Assembly (NCBI GenBank): GCA_035381305.1
Contig: DAOSYK010000001.1
Span: 175,218-239,217 of the forward strand
Origin: Clostridia bacterium
Lineage (GTDB): Bacteria > Bacillota > Clostridia > Christensenellales > DTU072
Direction: 5' to 3'
Length of the DNA: 64,000 nt
Numbering within the stretch: position 1 is the first letter of the stretch; every line of letters starts with the position of its first letter. Positions 46,828 through 55,653 of the stretch are shown one piece after another. The translations under genes were made by a program, and so were the position numbers. The notes beneath the pieces were generated by a model. That model was not told where the DNA came from. It saw only the letters and a program-made list of their open reading frames with translations, and searched no databases.

Positions 46828-47843
46828 AAATTCTTGTTACCGGCGGGGCGGGATTTATCGGCTCCAACTTCATTTATTATATGCTCGCAAAATACCCCGA
46901 ATATGAGATTGTCTGCCTGGACAAATTGACTTACGCGGGCAACATGAGCACCCTTGAAAACGCGATGAAGAACAAAAACTTCAAGTTTGTAAAGGGCGAT
47001 ATAGCTGACAACAGATTTGTGGATGAACTCTTCGCCGCCGAAAAATTCGACCTTGTGATAAACTTCGCCGCCGAGAGTCACGTTGACCGCTCGATAGAAA
47101 ATCCGCAGATTTTCCTTATTACCAATATATTGGGGACGCAGACCCTTCTGGACGCCTGCAGAAAGTATGGAAATATCCGTTTCCACCAGGTGTCCACCGA
47201 CGAAGTCTACGGCGATCTGCCTCTTGACAGACCCGACTTGTTCTTCACCGAGGAGACGCCCGTTCATACTTCCAGCCCCTATAGCGCAAGCAAGGCCTCG
47301 GCCGACTTATTGGTGCTTGCGTACTACCGTACATACAATCTGCCCATAACCATCTCGAGGTGCAGTAACAATTACGGACCTTATCACTTCCCCGAAAAAC
47401 TCATTCCGCTGATGATTGCGCGCGCGCTTGCCGACCAGTCGCTCCCCGTTTACGGAAACGGACAGAACGTAAGGGACTGGCTGTATGTTGAAGACCACTG
47501 CAGCGCCATTGACCTCATCGTCCACAAAGGCAGAATAGGCGAGGTCTACAACGTGGGAGGGCACAACGAAAAGGCCAATATCGACATAGTGAAAATAATA
47601 CTTAAAGAGCTTAACAAGCCCGAAAGTTTGATTACTTACGTAACCGACAGGAAAGGGCACGACCTGCGCTACGCAATAGACCCCGCCAAAATTCACAATG
47701 AACTCGGCTGGCTGCCCTCGACAAAATTCGAGGACGGCATCAAAAAGACCATTGCATGGTATCTGGAAAACCGCCGGTGGTGGGAGAATATCATAAGCGG
47801 CGAATATCGCAATTATTACGAAAAAATGTACGGAAACAGATAA
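46824..47843 (+). CDS. rfbB: dTDP-glucose 4,6-dehydratase
   Basis: ILVTGGAGFIGSNF...STDEVYG...YSASKASADLLV. Confidence 0.95.
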   Translation: MKILVTGGAGFIGSNFIYYMLAKYPEYEIVCLDKLTYAGNMSTLENAMKNKNFKFVKGDIADNRFVDELFAAEKFDLVINFAAESHVDRSIENPQIFLITNILGTQTLLDACRKYGNIRFHQVSTDEVYGDLPLDRPDLFFTEETPVHTSSPYSASKASADLLVLAYYRTYNLPITISRCSNNYGPYHFPEKLIPLMIARALADQSLPVYGNGQNVRDWLYVEDHCSAIDLIVHKGRIGEVYNVGGHNEKANIDIVKIILKELNKPESLITYVTDRKGHDLRYAIDPAKIHNELGWLPSTKFEDGIKKTIAWYLENRRWWENIISGEYRNYYEKMYGNR

Positions 47844-47867
47844 TTTTTTCAGTGTTAGCTTTTTTCG

Positions 47868-47895
47868 CGCCTTCCTTCACGGGGAGGCGTTTTTA
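47868..47895 (+). terminator. Rho-independent terminator closing the polysaccharide locus
   Basis: CGCCTTCC-N6-GGGAGGCG (8 bp, one G-U) followed by T5. Confidence 0.75.
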
Positions 47896-48023
47896 ATGTC
47901 GGGAAAGGGCTTAAAATGTCGATTTCTTCTTAAGGCTGTATAAAGCAATTATTGATATTATCTGTTATGGCTATATGTATACATATAAAATAGAATTTTA
48001 TGTAGTCAAATAAATGATTTGTG

Positions 48024-48052
48024 TTGTAATTATTGAGAGATTATGGTATCAT
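48024..48052 (+). promoter_or_regulatory. Promoter of the giant protein gene (TTGTAA-17-TATCAT, TGg-extended)
   Basis: TTGTAA at 48024-48029, 17-nt spacer ending in TGG, TATCAT at 48047-48052. This places the tracked TTG start (48033) inside the promoter. Confidence 0.45.
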
Positions 48053-48095
48053 ACTGTATAGCCTAAATTCTATTATTATGAACAGGACGGTTACA

Positions 48096-51000
48096 ATGAA
48101 GAAGAAACTACTGATGCTTTTTACGATGATTATGGTCTTGGTGATTTCCATTTCCATAGTAGCATGCACCGATTACGTGGAAGAAGAAGAGCCCGGTGAA
48201 GAGACGGAGACGATCTCCCGCACCATGCTCATCACAAACGGCACATTTTATGACGCCAGCCCTTCCACCAAAGGCGCCTATGTCAAGAACAACGTAAAGA
48301 ACTGGACTGCCACCAAAGGCAGCCTTGCGACGACTGCGACCGGCGTGACGATGGGCGTAATTGACCTCGCCGACCAAAACGCATTTAACGCGAACAGCGA
48401 CATTCACAGCACGACCAACGCGGTCTTTGCGTATCCCGGCATTGACCCCGCTACGCCTTATGAGACCGACGATTTCGGCAACCCCACCACCGAGCTTCAG
48501 GACACAAATGCCCTGCTCCTTTCCACCGTATCGACGGCGGGAAGCATCTATTACAAGAACAGCTCGTCCTTTACCCTTGAAGCCAACAGGTACTACATGC
48601 TGCAGTACTCGGTCTGCACCAATATCGAATCCACCGAAGCCGACAGACAGTTCAAGGGCGCGTGGGTGACGGTATCGGGCGCGGTTTACTATAACGACAG
48701 CGTAATCAACACCAACGGACAATGGGAGACACATTACCTCTACATCGAAAGCAACAAGTATTCTTCAAAGACCATCGATATATATCTCTGGCTCGGCAAC
48801 GGTCCGGATACAGTAAACAGCGCAGCCAACAAATACATCGTCAAAGGCTCGGCCTTGTTTGACAACATCATCTGCAAAGAAGTGACCAAGGATAAGAGCG
48901 GAGCGGACTTCAATCATGATTCGTTCATAAACGCCGCCGCTACCAACACCAACATGAAATACGGCTATGAGAGCTGCTACTTCCTCACCGACACAAAGTT
49001 TGAGCAGACGACCGAAGCTACTCCCACCAGCAGCAACGCGAAGAACTTCTTCTACAGCTTCCGCGAGGGTGTTTACAGCTCGTCCAACGTCAGCAATTAT
49101 ACGCTCATAAAGGGCAAGAGCGGGCTTACGTCCACCGAACAGCCCAGCGTTAATACGCCTCATACGGGTATTGTAAATCTCGAAAAACTTTACACCAAAG
49201 AGCCTGATAAAGAAGCCGTCGACACCTATCTTGAGCTTCTCAAGACGACGTCTTACTCGTCGACATGGAAGACCGTTTCTTACCAGAACTGGCTTGACAA
49301 CCTTATCGGCGACAACGGCAACAGAACGATGTCCGCCCTCGACGAGAAGAAAGTCCTCATGATTTCCAACGGCGACCTCACAGGCGCGGGATTCAAGAGT
49401 AATTCCACAATAACAATCAAGAGCAACAATTATTACATCATCAGCGTATGGGTTTATGTCAACCCGCTCAACGCTCTTCCCACCACAAACAAGCCCACGT
49501 CACCCGCGGCTTACACCGAGATTCAGAAGGCTTATCAGGACGCCATAAGAAACGCTTATAACGATGACGTCGACTACGAGATAGCCGAATCCTACTTTGT
49601 GGCTCTTACCAACGAAGAAAAAGCCAGGATAACGGGCGACACCGCCATTTACAAGCCATCCGAGCAGTCCGCCAACGTTTCGGCTCTCATCGCTGCCGAG
49701 AATTCTATCTTCAGGCACAAGGAAGAGGGCGCGACCTTCTCGGGATATCAGAAAGAAGTCTATGAGGCCTTCAAGTACTATTATCTGTGGCTCGACTATA
49801 AGGACGCCGCCACAATAACCATCGGCACGGGCGACATACCTGTTGACGAATCTGTCCAGAACTATCTCGAGTACCAGATGCTTACCGAGAGGAACAACTT
49901 CCTCAACAACGAATACAAGAGACTTACCACCCTCGAAAAGGACTGGGAAGACTATGACGATAAGCTCGCCGAGTACATGGCGAAGTACAATTCCTGGTTC
50001 AGCGCGACCAGCGGCTCCGAGCTCAATCAGAAGCCCTATGCCCACGTCAAACTCACGGGCGCAGGCGATGACATCGTGGAGCAGACCACCCAGCTCGGAC
50101 AGTGGGAGAAAATAGAATTCTACATCCAGGGCAACCAGCTTTCGGACAGGAAACTCAACATTGAGTTCTGGTTTGGCGAGGGTTCTTCCACAGATTACAC
50201 CACCCTTATGATGGGTTCTGCCTTCTTTGATAACATCGAGATAGCCGAATACGCTCCCGGCGCAGAACCTTCGGGTAAGGTATGGCAGGCGCTCAATCCT
50301 GTCAAGTCTGCTGATGAACTCGTTTACGGCGGACTGACCAATGATATGGACCAGGAGACCTTCAAGAATAATTTCTGGGGTCTTCAGCTTGAGAGCAACG
50401 ATGTTGCATCTAACGACCTGACAAACGTCAGCTACTTCAGGAACACCCTTCCCGCAGACCAGTTTGCCGACCTTTCGGCAATAGGTATCACCAGCTTTGC
50501 CGAGCTTGTGTTGAAGAACTCTGTTCCCACGGCTTCTCTGCTTACGTCCAAAGAGTATGTCACCATTAATCCCAACACCGCTTACCGTATCGCGATGCTT
50601 GTTAAGACCGTCGACATACCCAAGGGACTCGGCGCGACAATAGGCCTGCTCGGCGGAGACGATAATGCAAAACTTACGTCCAGCGTGGCAACCGTCAGCA
50701 GCGTCAACAATGACGAATGGAAAGAAGTAGTGTTCTACGTGCTCGGCGACACGATCAAGACCAACTATGTCACCCTTAAAGTTCACCTCGGAACGGGTTC
50801 CCGCTTCAACACGGCAAGCTATGTCAAGGGCGAAGTTCACATCGCAATAATAAACGTAACAAAGATAAAATATTCCGAATTCAGCTCGACATCCAAGAGC
50901 GGCGACACCGTTAAGGAATACACCTTCAGCAACACGACCAAGCCGTCCGACAGCGTTACTAACGGTAACTTCAGCGGAATTGACCTCTCCTCGACCAACG

Positions 51001-53327
51001 AGAAAGAGTTTGCCGCTGATGGCAAAATTTCGGGAACGGCTGTTGCCAGCGGCTGGACTGCGGGCACTGTTAAGAACAATATCTTCACCACGCCTACTGT
51101 CTCCATGGCAACCAACATCATAACCTGGGACAAGTTTTACGGTGTAAGCTATTCGGGAAATGCCGAAGTGGAGCCTTCCTACTATGAAATATGGGTAAGG
51201 TATAAGGACGCCGACAATAAGTATCAGGAAAAATACGTCGCCGCCGTTTCGGCAACGGGCACTCTTTCCTTTGACGCTAATAACATCTTCAAGGAAGGAC
51301 TCAACGTCAACTACAAGATAAGAGCGGTCGGAAAGAGCAGCACAGATTTACCTTATTATAATATAGTAAGCGCGTTCAGCAATTACTCGGGCGAAATCAT
51401 CGGCACAAACGATGGCCAGTACGACACAGTCGACGAATATATCGAGGACAATGAGCCCGCATACCCCGAACTTAAGTATCAGGCGGGCACGGTGCTCATC
51501 GACAAGGCGACCGATTTTGCTCCCGAGACGGGAAGCTATGTCAGCCCCTTTGACACAATGCTCAAGATAACCTCCAACTACGCTGTGTCCCACACCCTCA
51601 CTTCGGGCAACGCCTCCCTAAACGCCAACACCTACTACAAGGCAAGTATTTGGGTAAGGACAGTTGACGGAGCCAAGGCAAGCGTCACGCTTAAGGACGT
51701 AAGCGACGTCTTGAGCGCAAAGAGCGTTACCGGCAGATATATTGGCTTCACCAACGTCGACACAAACGGCAAGTGGGTGCAGTACTCCTTCTATGTCAGA
51801 ATGGGCAGCCATTCGGGCACGCTCGCAATGCAGCTCTCCCTTGGCGATGCCTATGTCAATAAGGTGAGCAAGAAGTCGACAAACGTCAAGACCGACGCGA
51901 CTGTCTACGACGCCGCAGGCTTGAGCAAAGGCACGGTTTACTTTGACAATGTTCAGCTCATCACAATCAGCGAAGATGAATACAATGCCGCGGCGGAGAA
52001 GACCGAAATTACAAACGGCGCAGACAACTTCTATGATTTTGAGATAAGCGACATACTGCCCGATTATCAGGGGATCAGCTATAAGATTTACACCAACAAG
52101 TACGCGCTTCGTATACTTGAGAGCATAGTCGACAGCTTTGACAGCTTTACCGAAAATACCACCGAAGAGGGCAAGGACGGTCACAATCTCGGACATACCC
52201 CCAACAACTATCTCTGGTCCAAAGGCGACACCTTTACAGGCTCCACCGAAGACTACAGGGTATACGGCGTATATTCCCAGAATGACGAACTCTCCAAGCT
52301 CGAGATGATCTACAAGAAGAACAACGAGGACGACGAGCTTGTAAACGCCTTCAGCGGAATAAGCAACTTCCCCGCCAACTTCGACATCTTAAGGTTTATC
52401 GGAATCGACGGCAGTAACTCCCTTGTCATGAGCAATAAGGAATTGTTCGGACAGACCTATTCTTCCAACAACACATCCGGCATCGAGGCAGGCAAGTACT
52501 ATAAGATTTCCTTCAAGGCTAAGACCTTAATCGCCGCCAAAGCGTATGACGCAAATGGCAACGCAATACTCGACGACGACGGAAATCCCACCTACACCAT
52601 CGAGGGCGCAAACGCCGAATTCAGGTATATGCCCACCTCCGACAAATCGAAGTATCAAAGCCTTTATATCAACTCCAACGGCAAGACCGGCAACATCTAT
52701 GACGCCGTAGAGTATGAGATGTATATCTACAATCCCAGCTCCACATCGGCAAGCTCAAGCTGGAGCTTTGTCCTCGGAGCCGACACGGTAGCCGACGACA
52801 AGACAGGCAGCCTGCAACCCATACTCGGCATGATGGTCATCGACCAGGTGAGCATTGTCGAAGTAAATAAGGACGCATACGACGAGGCGAAGGCCGCTAT
52901 TGACTATGACAACCTCACTCCCGAACAGAAGAGAGCCAAAGCCGTATCGTTCTACGATTACGCCGAAGATCCGGAGCAGGACGAGGATGAGGATGAAGAC
53001 GAGGAGGAAACTCCCGAACCCGAAACCCCCAGCATCTGGGAGAGAGGCGACGCGTGGCTGCTCATTTCGAGTATCGTCATCGCTGTGGTAATCGTTGTGG
53101 TTATCGTCGTACTCGTCATCAGAAGGTGGAAGAAGAAACATCCTAAGGAAGTAAAGGGCGAGAACATTCTTAAGGCCGAAAAGGAGATTAAGGTAGTTGA
53201 GCCCGAGTCCAAGGATAAAGAGGACTTCATAATCGATGATGAATATGTCGACGACAAGCCCAAGTACGTGCAGAGAGTAGTGCACAACAACAAAAAGAAG
53301 AAACCCAACAACAAGGGTAAAAAGTAA
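48096..53327 (+). CDS. 1,743-aa predicted surface protein: lipobox signal peptide, five degenerate CBM-like modules, acidic linker, C-terminal TM helix, Lys-rich tail
   Basis: MKKKLLMLFTMIMVLVISISIVAC|T. Five modules each carry x(L/I)xxNxYYxxSxWVxT ... W..(V/I)xFY(I/V) ... lxLG.G ... G.a.FDN(I/V) (FDN codons at ~48858, ~50224 and ~51942; related MVIDQVSIV at ~52840). PEQDEDEDEDEEETPEPETP is followed by AWLLISSIVIAVVIVVVIVVLVI and RRWKKKH. The start could also be 48078. Confidence 0.8.
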   Translation: MKKKLLMLFTMIMVLVISISIVACTDYVEEEEPGEETETISRTMLITNGTFYDASPSTKGAYVKNNVKNWTATKGSLATTATGVTMGVIDLADQNAFNANSDIHSTTNAVFAYPGIDPATPYETDDFGNPTTELQDTNALLLSTVSTAGSIYYKNSSSFTLEANRYYMLQYSVCTNIESTEADRQFKGAWVTVSGAVYYNDSVINTNGQWETHYLYIESNKYSSKTIDIYLWLGNGPDTVNSAANKYIVKGSALFDNIICKEVTKDKSGADFNHDSFINAAATNTNMKYGYESCYFLTDTKFEQTTEATPTSSNAKNFFYSFREGVYSSSNVSNYTLIKGKSGLTSTEQPSVNTPHTGIVNLEKLYTKEPDKEAVDTYLELLKTTSYSSTWKTVSYQNWLDNLIGDNGNRTMSALDEKKVLMISNGDLTGAGFKSNSTITIKSNNYYIISVWVYVNPLNALPTTNKPTSPAAYTEIQKAYQDAIRNAYNDDVDYEIAESYFVALTNEEKARITGDTAIYKPSEQSANVSALIAAENSIFRHKEEGATFSGYQKEVYEAFKYYYLWLDYKDAATITIGTGDIPVDESVQNYLEYQMLTERNNFLNNEYKRLTTLEKDWEDYDDKLAEYMAKYNSWFSATSGSELNQKPYAHVKLTGAGDDIVEQTTQLGQWEKIEFYIQGNQLSDRKLNIEFWFGEGSSTDYTTLMMGSAFFDNIEIAEYAPGAEPSGKVWQALNPVKSADELVYGGLTNDMDQETFKNNFWGLQLESNDVASNDLTNVSYFRNTLPADQFADLSAIGITSFAELVLKNSVPTASLLTSKEYVTINPNTAYRIAMLVKTVDIPKGLGATIGLLGGDDNAKLTSSVATVSSVNNDEWKEVVFYVLGDTIKTNYVTLKVHLGTGSRFNTASYVKGEVHIAIINVTKIKYSEFSSTSKSGDTVKEYTFSNTTKPSDSVTNGNFSGIDLSSTNEKEFAADGKISGTAVASGWTAGTVKNNIFTTPTVSMATNIITWDKFYGVSYSGNAEVEPSYYEIWVRYKDADNKYQEKYVAAVSATGTLSFDANNIFKEGLNVNYKIRAVGKSSTDLPYYNIVSAFSNYSGEIIGTNDGQYDTVDEYIEDNEPAYPELKYQAGTVLIDKATDFAPETGSYVSPFDTMLKITSNYAVSHTLTSGNASLNANTYYKASIWVRTVDGAKASVTLKDVSDVLSAKSVTGRYIGFTNVDTNGKWVQYSFYVRMGSHSGTLAMQLSLGDAYVNKVSKKSTNVKTDATVYDAAGLSKGTVYFDNVQLITISEDEYNAAAEKTEITNGADNFYDFEISDILPDYQGISYKIYTNKYALRILESIVDSFDSFTENTTEEGKDGHNLGHTPNNYLWSKGDTFTGSTEDYRVYGVYSQNDELSKLEMIYKKNNEDDELVNAFSGISNFPANFDILRFIGIDGSNSLVMSNKELFGQTYSSNNTSGIEAGKYYKISFKAKTLIAAKAYDANGNAILDDDGNPTYTIEGANAEFRYMPTSDKSKYQSLYINSNGKTGNIYDAVEYEMYIYNPSSTSASSSWSFVLGADTVADDKTGSLQPILGMMVIDQVSIVEVNKDAYDEAKAAIDYDNLTPEQKRAKAVSFYDYAEDPEQDEDEDEDEEETPEPETPSIWERGDAWLLISSIVIAVVIVVVIVVLVIRRWKKKHPKEVKGENILKAEKEIKVVEPESKDKEDFIIDDEYVDDKPKYVQRVVHNNKKKKPNNKGKK

Positions 53328-53339
53328 AAACCAAAATCG

Positions 53340-53368
53340 GGGCGGCTGGAACAGGCCGCCCTTATTTT
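53340..53368. terminator. Bidirectional terminator between convergent genes
   Basis: GGGCGGC-N8-GCCGCCC followed by TTATTTT, with an A-rich 5' flank. Confidence 0.75.
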
Positions 53369-54863
53369 ATGCTCTTTTTAGCTTTAAGAAGCCTTTAACA
53401 TCGACAAGTCTTGTGGCAAGGCAAAGTCCGGCATACATCAAAGCGCCAAGCAAACCCGACAGAATGTTTGCGAAAATGCCAAATTTAGCGCGTAAGACAT
53501 TGTTAAGGCTTTCGGTAAAGAACGAGGAAAGAAGCACAAATACAAGTACAAGAGCCAGGTATTTTAAGAACGAGAAGCCAAAGCCCGTATGCCTGCGAAG
53601 AGTATAGATATTCATTGTCGAAGTCACGAGCAGGCAAGCCATTGTCGCCACGGCGACGGAGTACAAACCGAGGTATTTCGGCAGGAAGTAAATGCAGATT
53701 ACCATGAGCACGTTGCCAACGATATAATTAATGAAGGACTTATATTCTTTTCCCGTTGCGTTGAGCGCCGATTGCGTCAGTTGATTTACGCACATCGGCA
53801 ACATCATAAACGCCGCATATTCGAGGTACTTGCCGCTTATGCTGTCGTCGAACAATAAGACGGTGATTTCCTCGCCCAGCGCGATAAACGGCACCATAAA
53901 AATACCGCTTATTATTAAGGAAAAGTTTATTCCGTTGGTCAGGTGCTTATTGAGGCGGGAGTACTCTTTCTTTGCGCCGCTCGCGCTCATTTCGGGAATA
54001 AGCACAATAGCAAGAGAGCTTATAATCGCGTTTGGTGCGAGTAAAAACGGGTTCGCCATGCCCGTAATGCGCCCGTATGTCGCCGTTGCTTCGGGAAGGG
54101 TCATTCCTGCGGCGATTAAACGGGCGGGAAGTATTATCGCAATAAGGGTGCCGATAAGGCTTGCGAAAATCCTCATGGAAGTCACGGGAAGACTGGGAAC
54201 GAGTATTTCCTTAAAATCTGTCGGTTTTTCGAATTTGCCGCCTTTCACAAAATACAGGACCGCAAGGATGACTGCCACGACTATATCGCTTGCGGTAAAC
54301 GCTACGGCAATTGCCTCAGCTCCCGCCAGAGTGCTGATGATTCCGCTTATGAAAATAACCGAAAAAACGATGCGTAAAACTTCCTCAATCGCTTCGGTAA
54401 TGGAAATGGTCGTAAACTCCTTTTTGCCCCACAAAAAGCCCCTTATCACGCTGTAAATAAAGGTAGAAAGCAATGCGGGCAGCATGATAAGGAAGAGGGG
54501 ATATGCCTTAGGGTCGGAGAACAGGAAGGACAATTTGTCGTGGAATATCCACAGGACAAAAATGGTGACAAGAGTTATCCCAAGGCCAAGCAGGAAAGCT
54601 GTTGAGAAAAAAGCGTTTGCCTTGTTCTTTTTCAGAGCGATATCTTCTGCGATTTTGCGGCTTAACACCAGCGGAAGACCGCTGGAAGAGAGCGAGGCGA
54701 ACAAAAAGAAAACCGAGGAGGAGATCTGGTAGAGCCCTATCACCTGCGCGCCTAAAGTTCTGGACAGGTATATTTTGAAGATAAAACTAAGTATCTTAGT
54801 AAATACGCTGAATATTCCCACGGTGGCGACTGCGCCCCCGATATCGCCGACTGATTTTCGCAT
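53367..54863 (-). CDS. MOP-superfamily polysaccharide/lipid II flippase (SpoVB/MurJ-like)
   Basis: 498 aa, ~14 TM segments, N-terminus GGAVATVGIFSVFTKILSFIFKIYLSRTLGAQVIGLYQ typical of SpoVB-type proteins. Confidence 0.75.
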   Translation of the reverse strand: MRKSVGDIGGAVATVGIFSVFTKILSFIFKIYLSRTLGAQVIGLYQISSSVFFLFASLSSSGLPLVLSRKIAEDIALKKNKANAFFSTAFLLGLGITLVTIFVLWIFHDKLSFLFSDPKAYPLFLIMLPALLSTFIYSVIRGFLWGKKEFTTISITEAIEEVLRIVFSVIFISGIISTLAGAEAIAVAFTASDIVVAVILAVLYFVKGGKFEKPTDFKEILVPSLPVTSMRIFASLIGTLIAIILPARLIAAGMTLPEATATYGRITGMANPFLLAPNAIISSLAIVLIPEMSASGAKKEYSRLNKHLTNGINFSLIISGIFMVPFIALGEEITVLLFDDSISGKYLEYAAFMMLPMCVNQLTQSALNATGKEYKSFINYIVGNVLMVICIYFLPKYLGLYSVAVATMACLLVTSTMNIYTLRRHTGFGFSFLKYLALVLVFVLLSSFFTESLNNVLRAKFGIFANILSGLLGALMYAGLCLATRLVDVKGFLKLKRA

Positions 54864-54896
54864 AATAAAATATATGTCGATAAAATTCTGCTATGC

Positions 54897-54925
54897 TTGA
54901 CATAATTCTTTTTTACTGGTACAAT
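54897..54925 (+). promoter_or_regulatory. Promoter of the riboswitch-folT unit (TTGACA-17-TACAAT, TGg-extended)
   Basis: TTGACA at 54897-54902, TACAAT at 54920-54925, about 12 nt upstream of the aptamer. Confidence 0.6.
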
Positions 54926-54936
54926 AAACTCAAAAT

Positions 54937-55034
54937 GCAGAGTAGGCAAGGTGCGTCAAGTGTCGCAAAATGGGATGTCGTTTGCGAACGAAAGAATTGG
55001 ACGAGATTCTGCGATGCCTTGCCGCGTCCGTTGC
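54937..55034 (+). promoter_or_regulatory. THF (tetrahydrofolate) riboswitch aptamer
   Basis: GCAGAGTAG...GCGTCAAGTGT...AAATGGGATGTCG...AACGAA...GCGTCCGTTGC matches, block by block, the THF-I aptamer as I recall it (GGAGAGUAG..GCGUUAAGUGU..GAAUGGGAUGUCG..AACGAAGC..GCAUCCGCUCC). This includes the same A-G mismatch position in P1. It lies directly upstream of an ECF S-component. Confidence 0.85.
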
Positions 55035-55101
55035 ATAAAAAATATTTTTTAGTATTTTTTTTCGATGGACTCTCCTGCTTATTTGTAAGGAGGGTATTTT
55101 T

Positions 55102-55653
55102 ATGGACAAAAGAGCCAAGGTCATGAGCGTAAAGGTGATAAGCTACACCGCCGCGCTTACGGCCTTAAGCACGATTGCAAACATCTTTACCGTGATAATG
55201 GGCGGAGGGGCGCTTGTCGTTTCATTTACCTATATCCCTGCGTTTATCGCAGGCGCGTTTATAAATCCTTTGTCAGGCTTTCTGACGGGAATTCTCGGAG
55301 ACCTTCTGGGATGCCTTATTGCGCCAAAAGGGGCCATAAACCCCATTGTCCTTGTTAGCAGCGGACTTTTGGGACTTATCCCGGGACTTGTCTTTTTCAC
55401 TGCAAAAAAACTCAAAGTTGACACCCGGAAATACGATTTTGCGCTGACCTCGATAAGCTTTGTCTTTGTGTTTGCCATTTGCCTTACGCTAAACACAATC
55501 GGGCTGTATCTTTTCTACTTCAGGGCAAAAGGAAAGACCCTTGAGGCGGTTTTTGCCCTCAGAATGTCCAAGCAAAGTATAATTCTCGCGGTGAATTTTA
55601 TATTGACCATAATTATACAACGCCCTGTCAGAAAACTGATAAAAATCAAGTAA
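55102..55653 (+). CDS. folT: ECF transporter S component, folate family
   Basis: 183 aa, 5-6 TM segments, RBS AAGGAGGG 8 nt upstream, THF riboswitch in the leader. No EcfA/A'/T genes are adjacent (group II ECF). Confidence 0.75.
   Translation: MDKRAKVMSVKVISYTAALTALSTIANIFTVIMGGGALVVSFTYIPAFIAGAFINPLSGFLTGILGDLLGCLIAPKGAINPIVLVSSGLLGLIPGLVFFTAKKLKVDTRKYDFALTSISFVFVFAICLTLNTIGLYLFYFRAKGKTLEAVFALRMSKQSIILAVNFILTIIIQRPVRKLIKIK

Noticed and set aside
47965-48065. Possible invertible (phase-variable) promoter upstream of the giant protein gene, flanked by GGCTATA / TATAGCC inverted repeats.
   Set aside because: The inverted repeats are only ~7 bp and no site-specific recombinase gene is nearby, so this is within chance expectation in AT-rich DNA.
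48033-48095. Upstream extended starts proposed by the ORF track: 48033 for the giant protein, 7436 for rdgB, 24391 for rplU, 58770 for MFS, 62774 for vWA, 31590 for the acetyltransferase, 19092 for the oxidoreductase.
   Set aside because: Each extension lies in a promoter, a terminator or an upstream gene, lacks an RBS, and adds sequence foreign to the family N-terminus. Internal ATG starts with GGAGG-type RBSs (or a promoter-proximal ATG) fit better.
49500-50840. Long ORFs antisense to, or out of frame within, well-supported genes. Examples: 49500-50840(-) 446 aa, 27704-28579(-), 21824-22639(-), 10758-11486(-), 9115-9837(-), 24409-25035(-), 31048-31695(-), 41172-41807(-), 46614-47267(-), 19422-20069(-), 23649-24245(-), 59085-59765(-), 58895-59533(+), 53830-54456(+).
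   Set aside because: All are fully nested in genes with clear family motifs. Their translations are low-complexity (Arg/Gly/Val/Phe-rich) with no motifs or RBSs. Stop-poor antisense frames are an expected by-product of codon bias.
55036-55072. AAAAAATATTTTTT palindrome plus a downstream T-run, considered as the intrinsic terminator of the THF riboswitch.
   Set aside because: The stem would be A-U only with essentially no loop, which is unlikely to be stable. The SD-sequestering helix at 55069-55095 is the more plausible platform.
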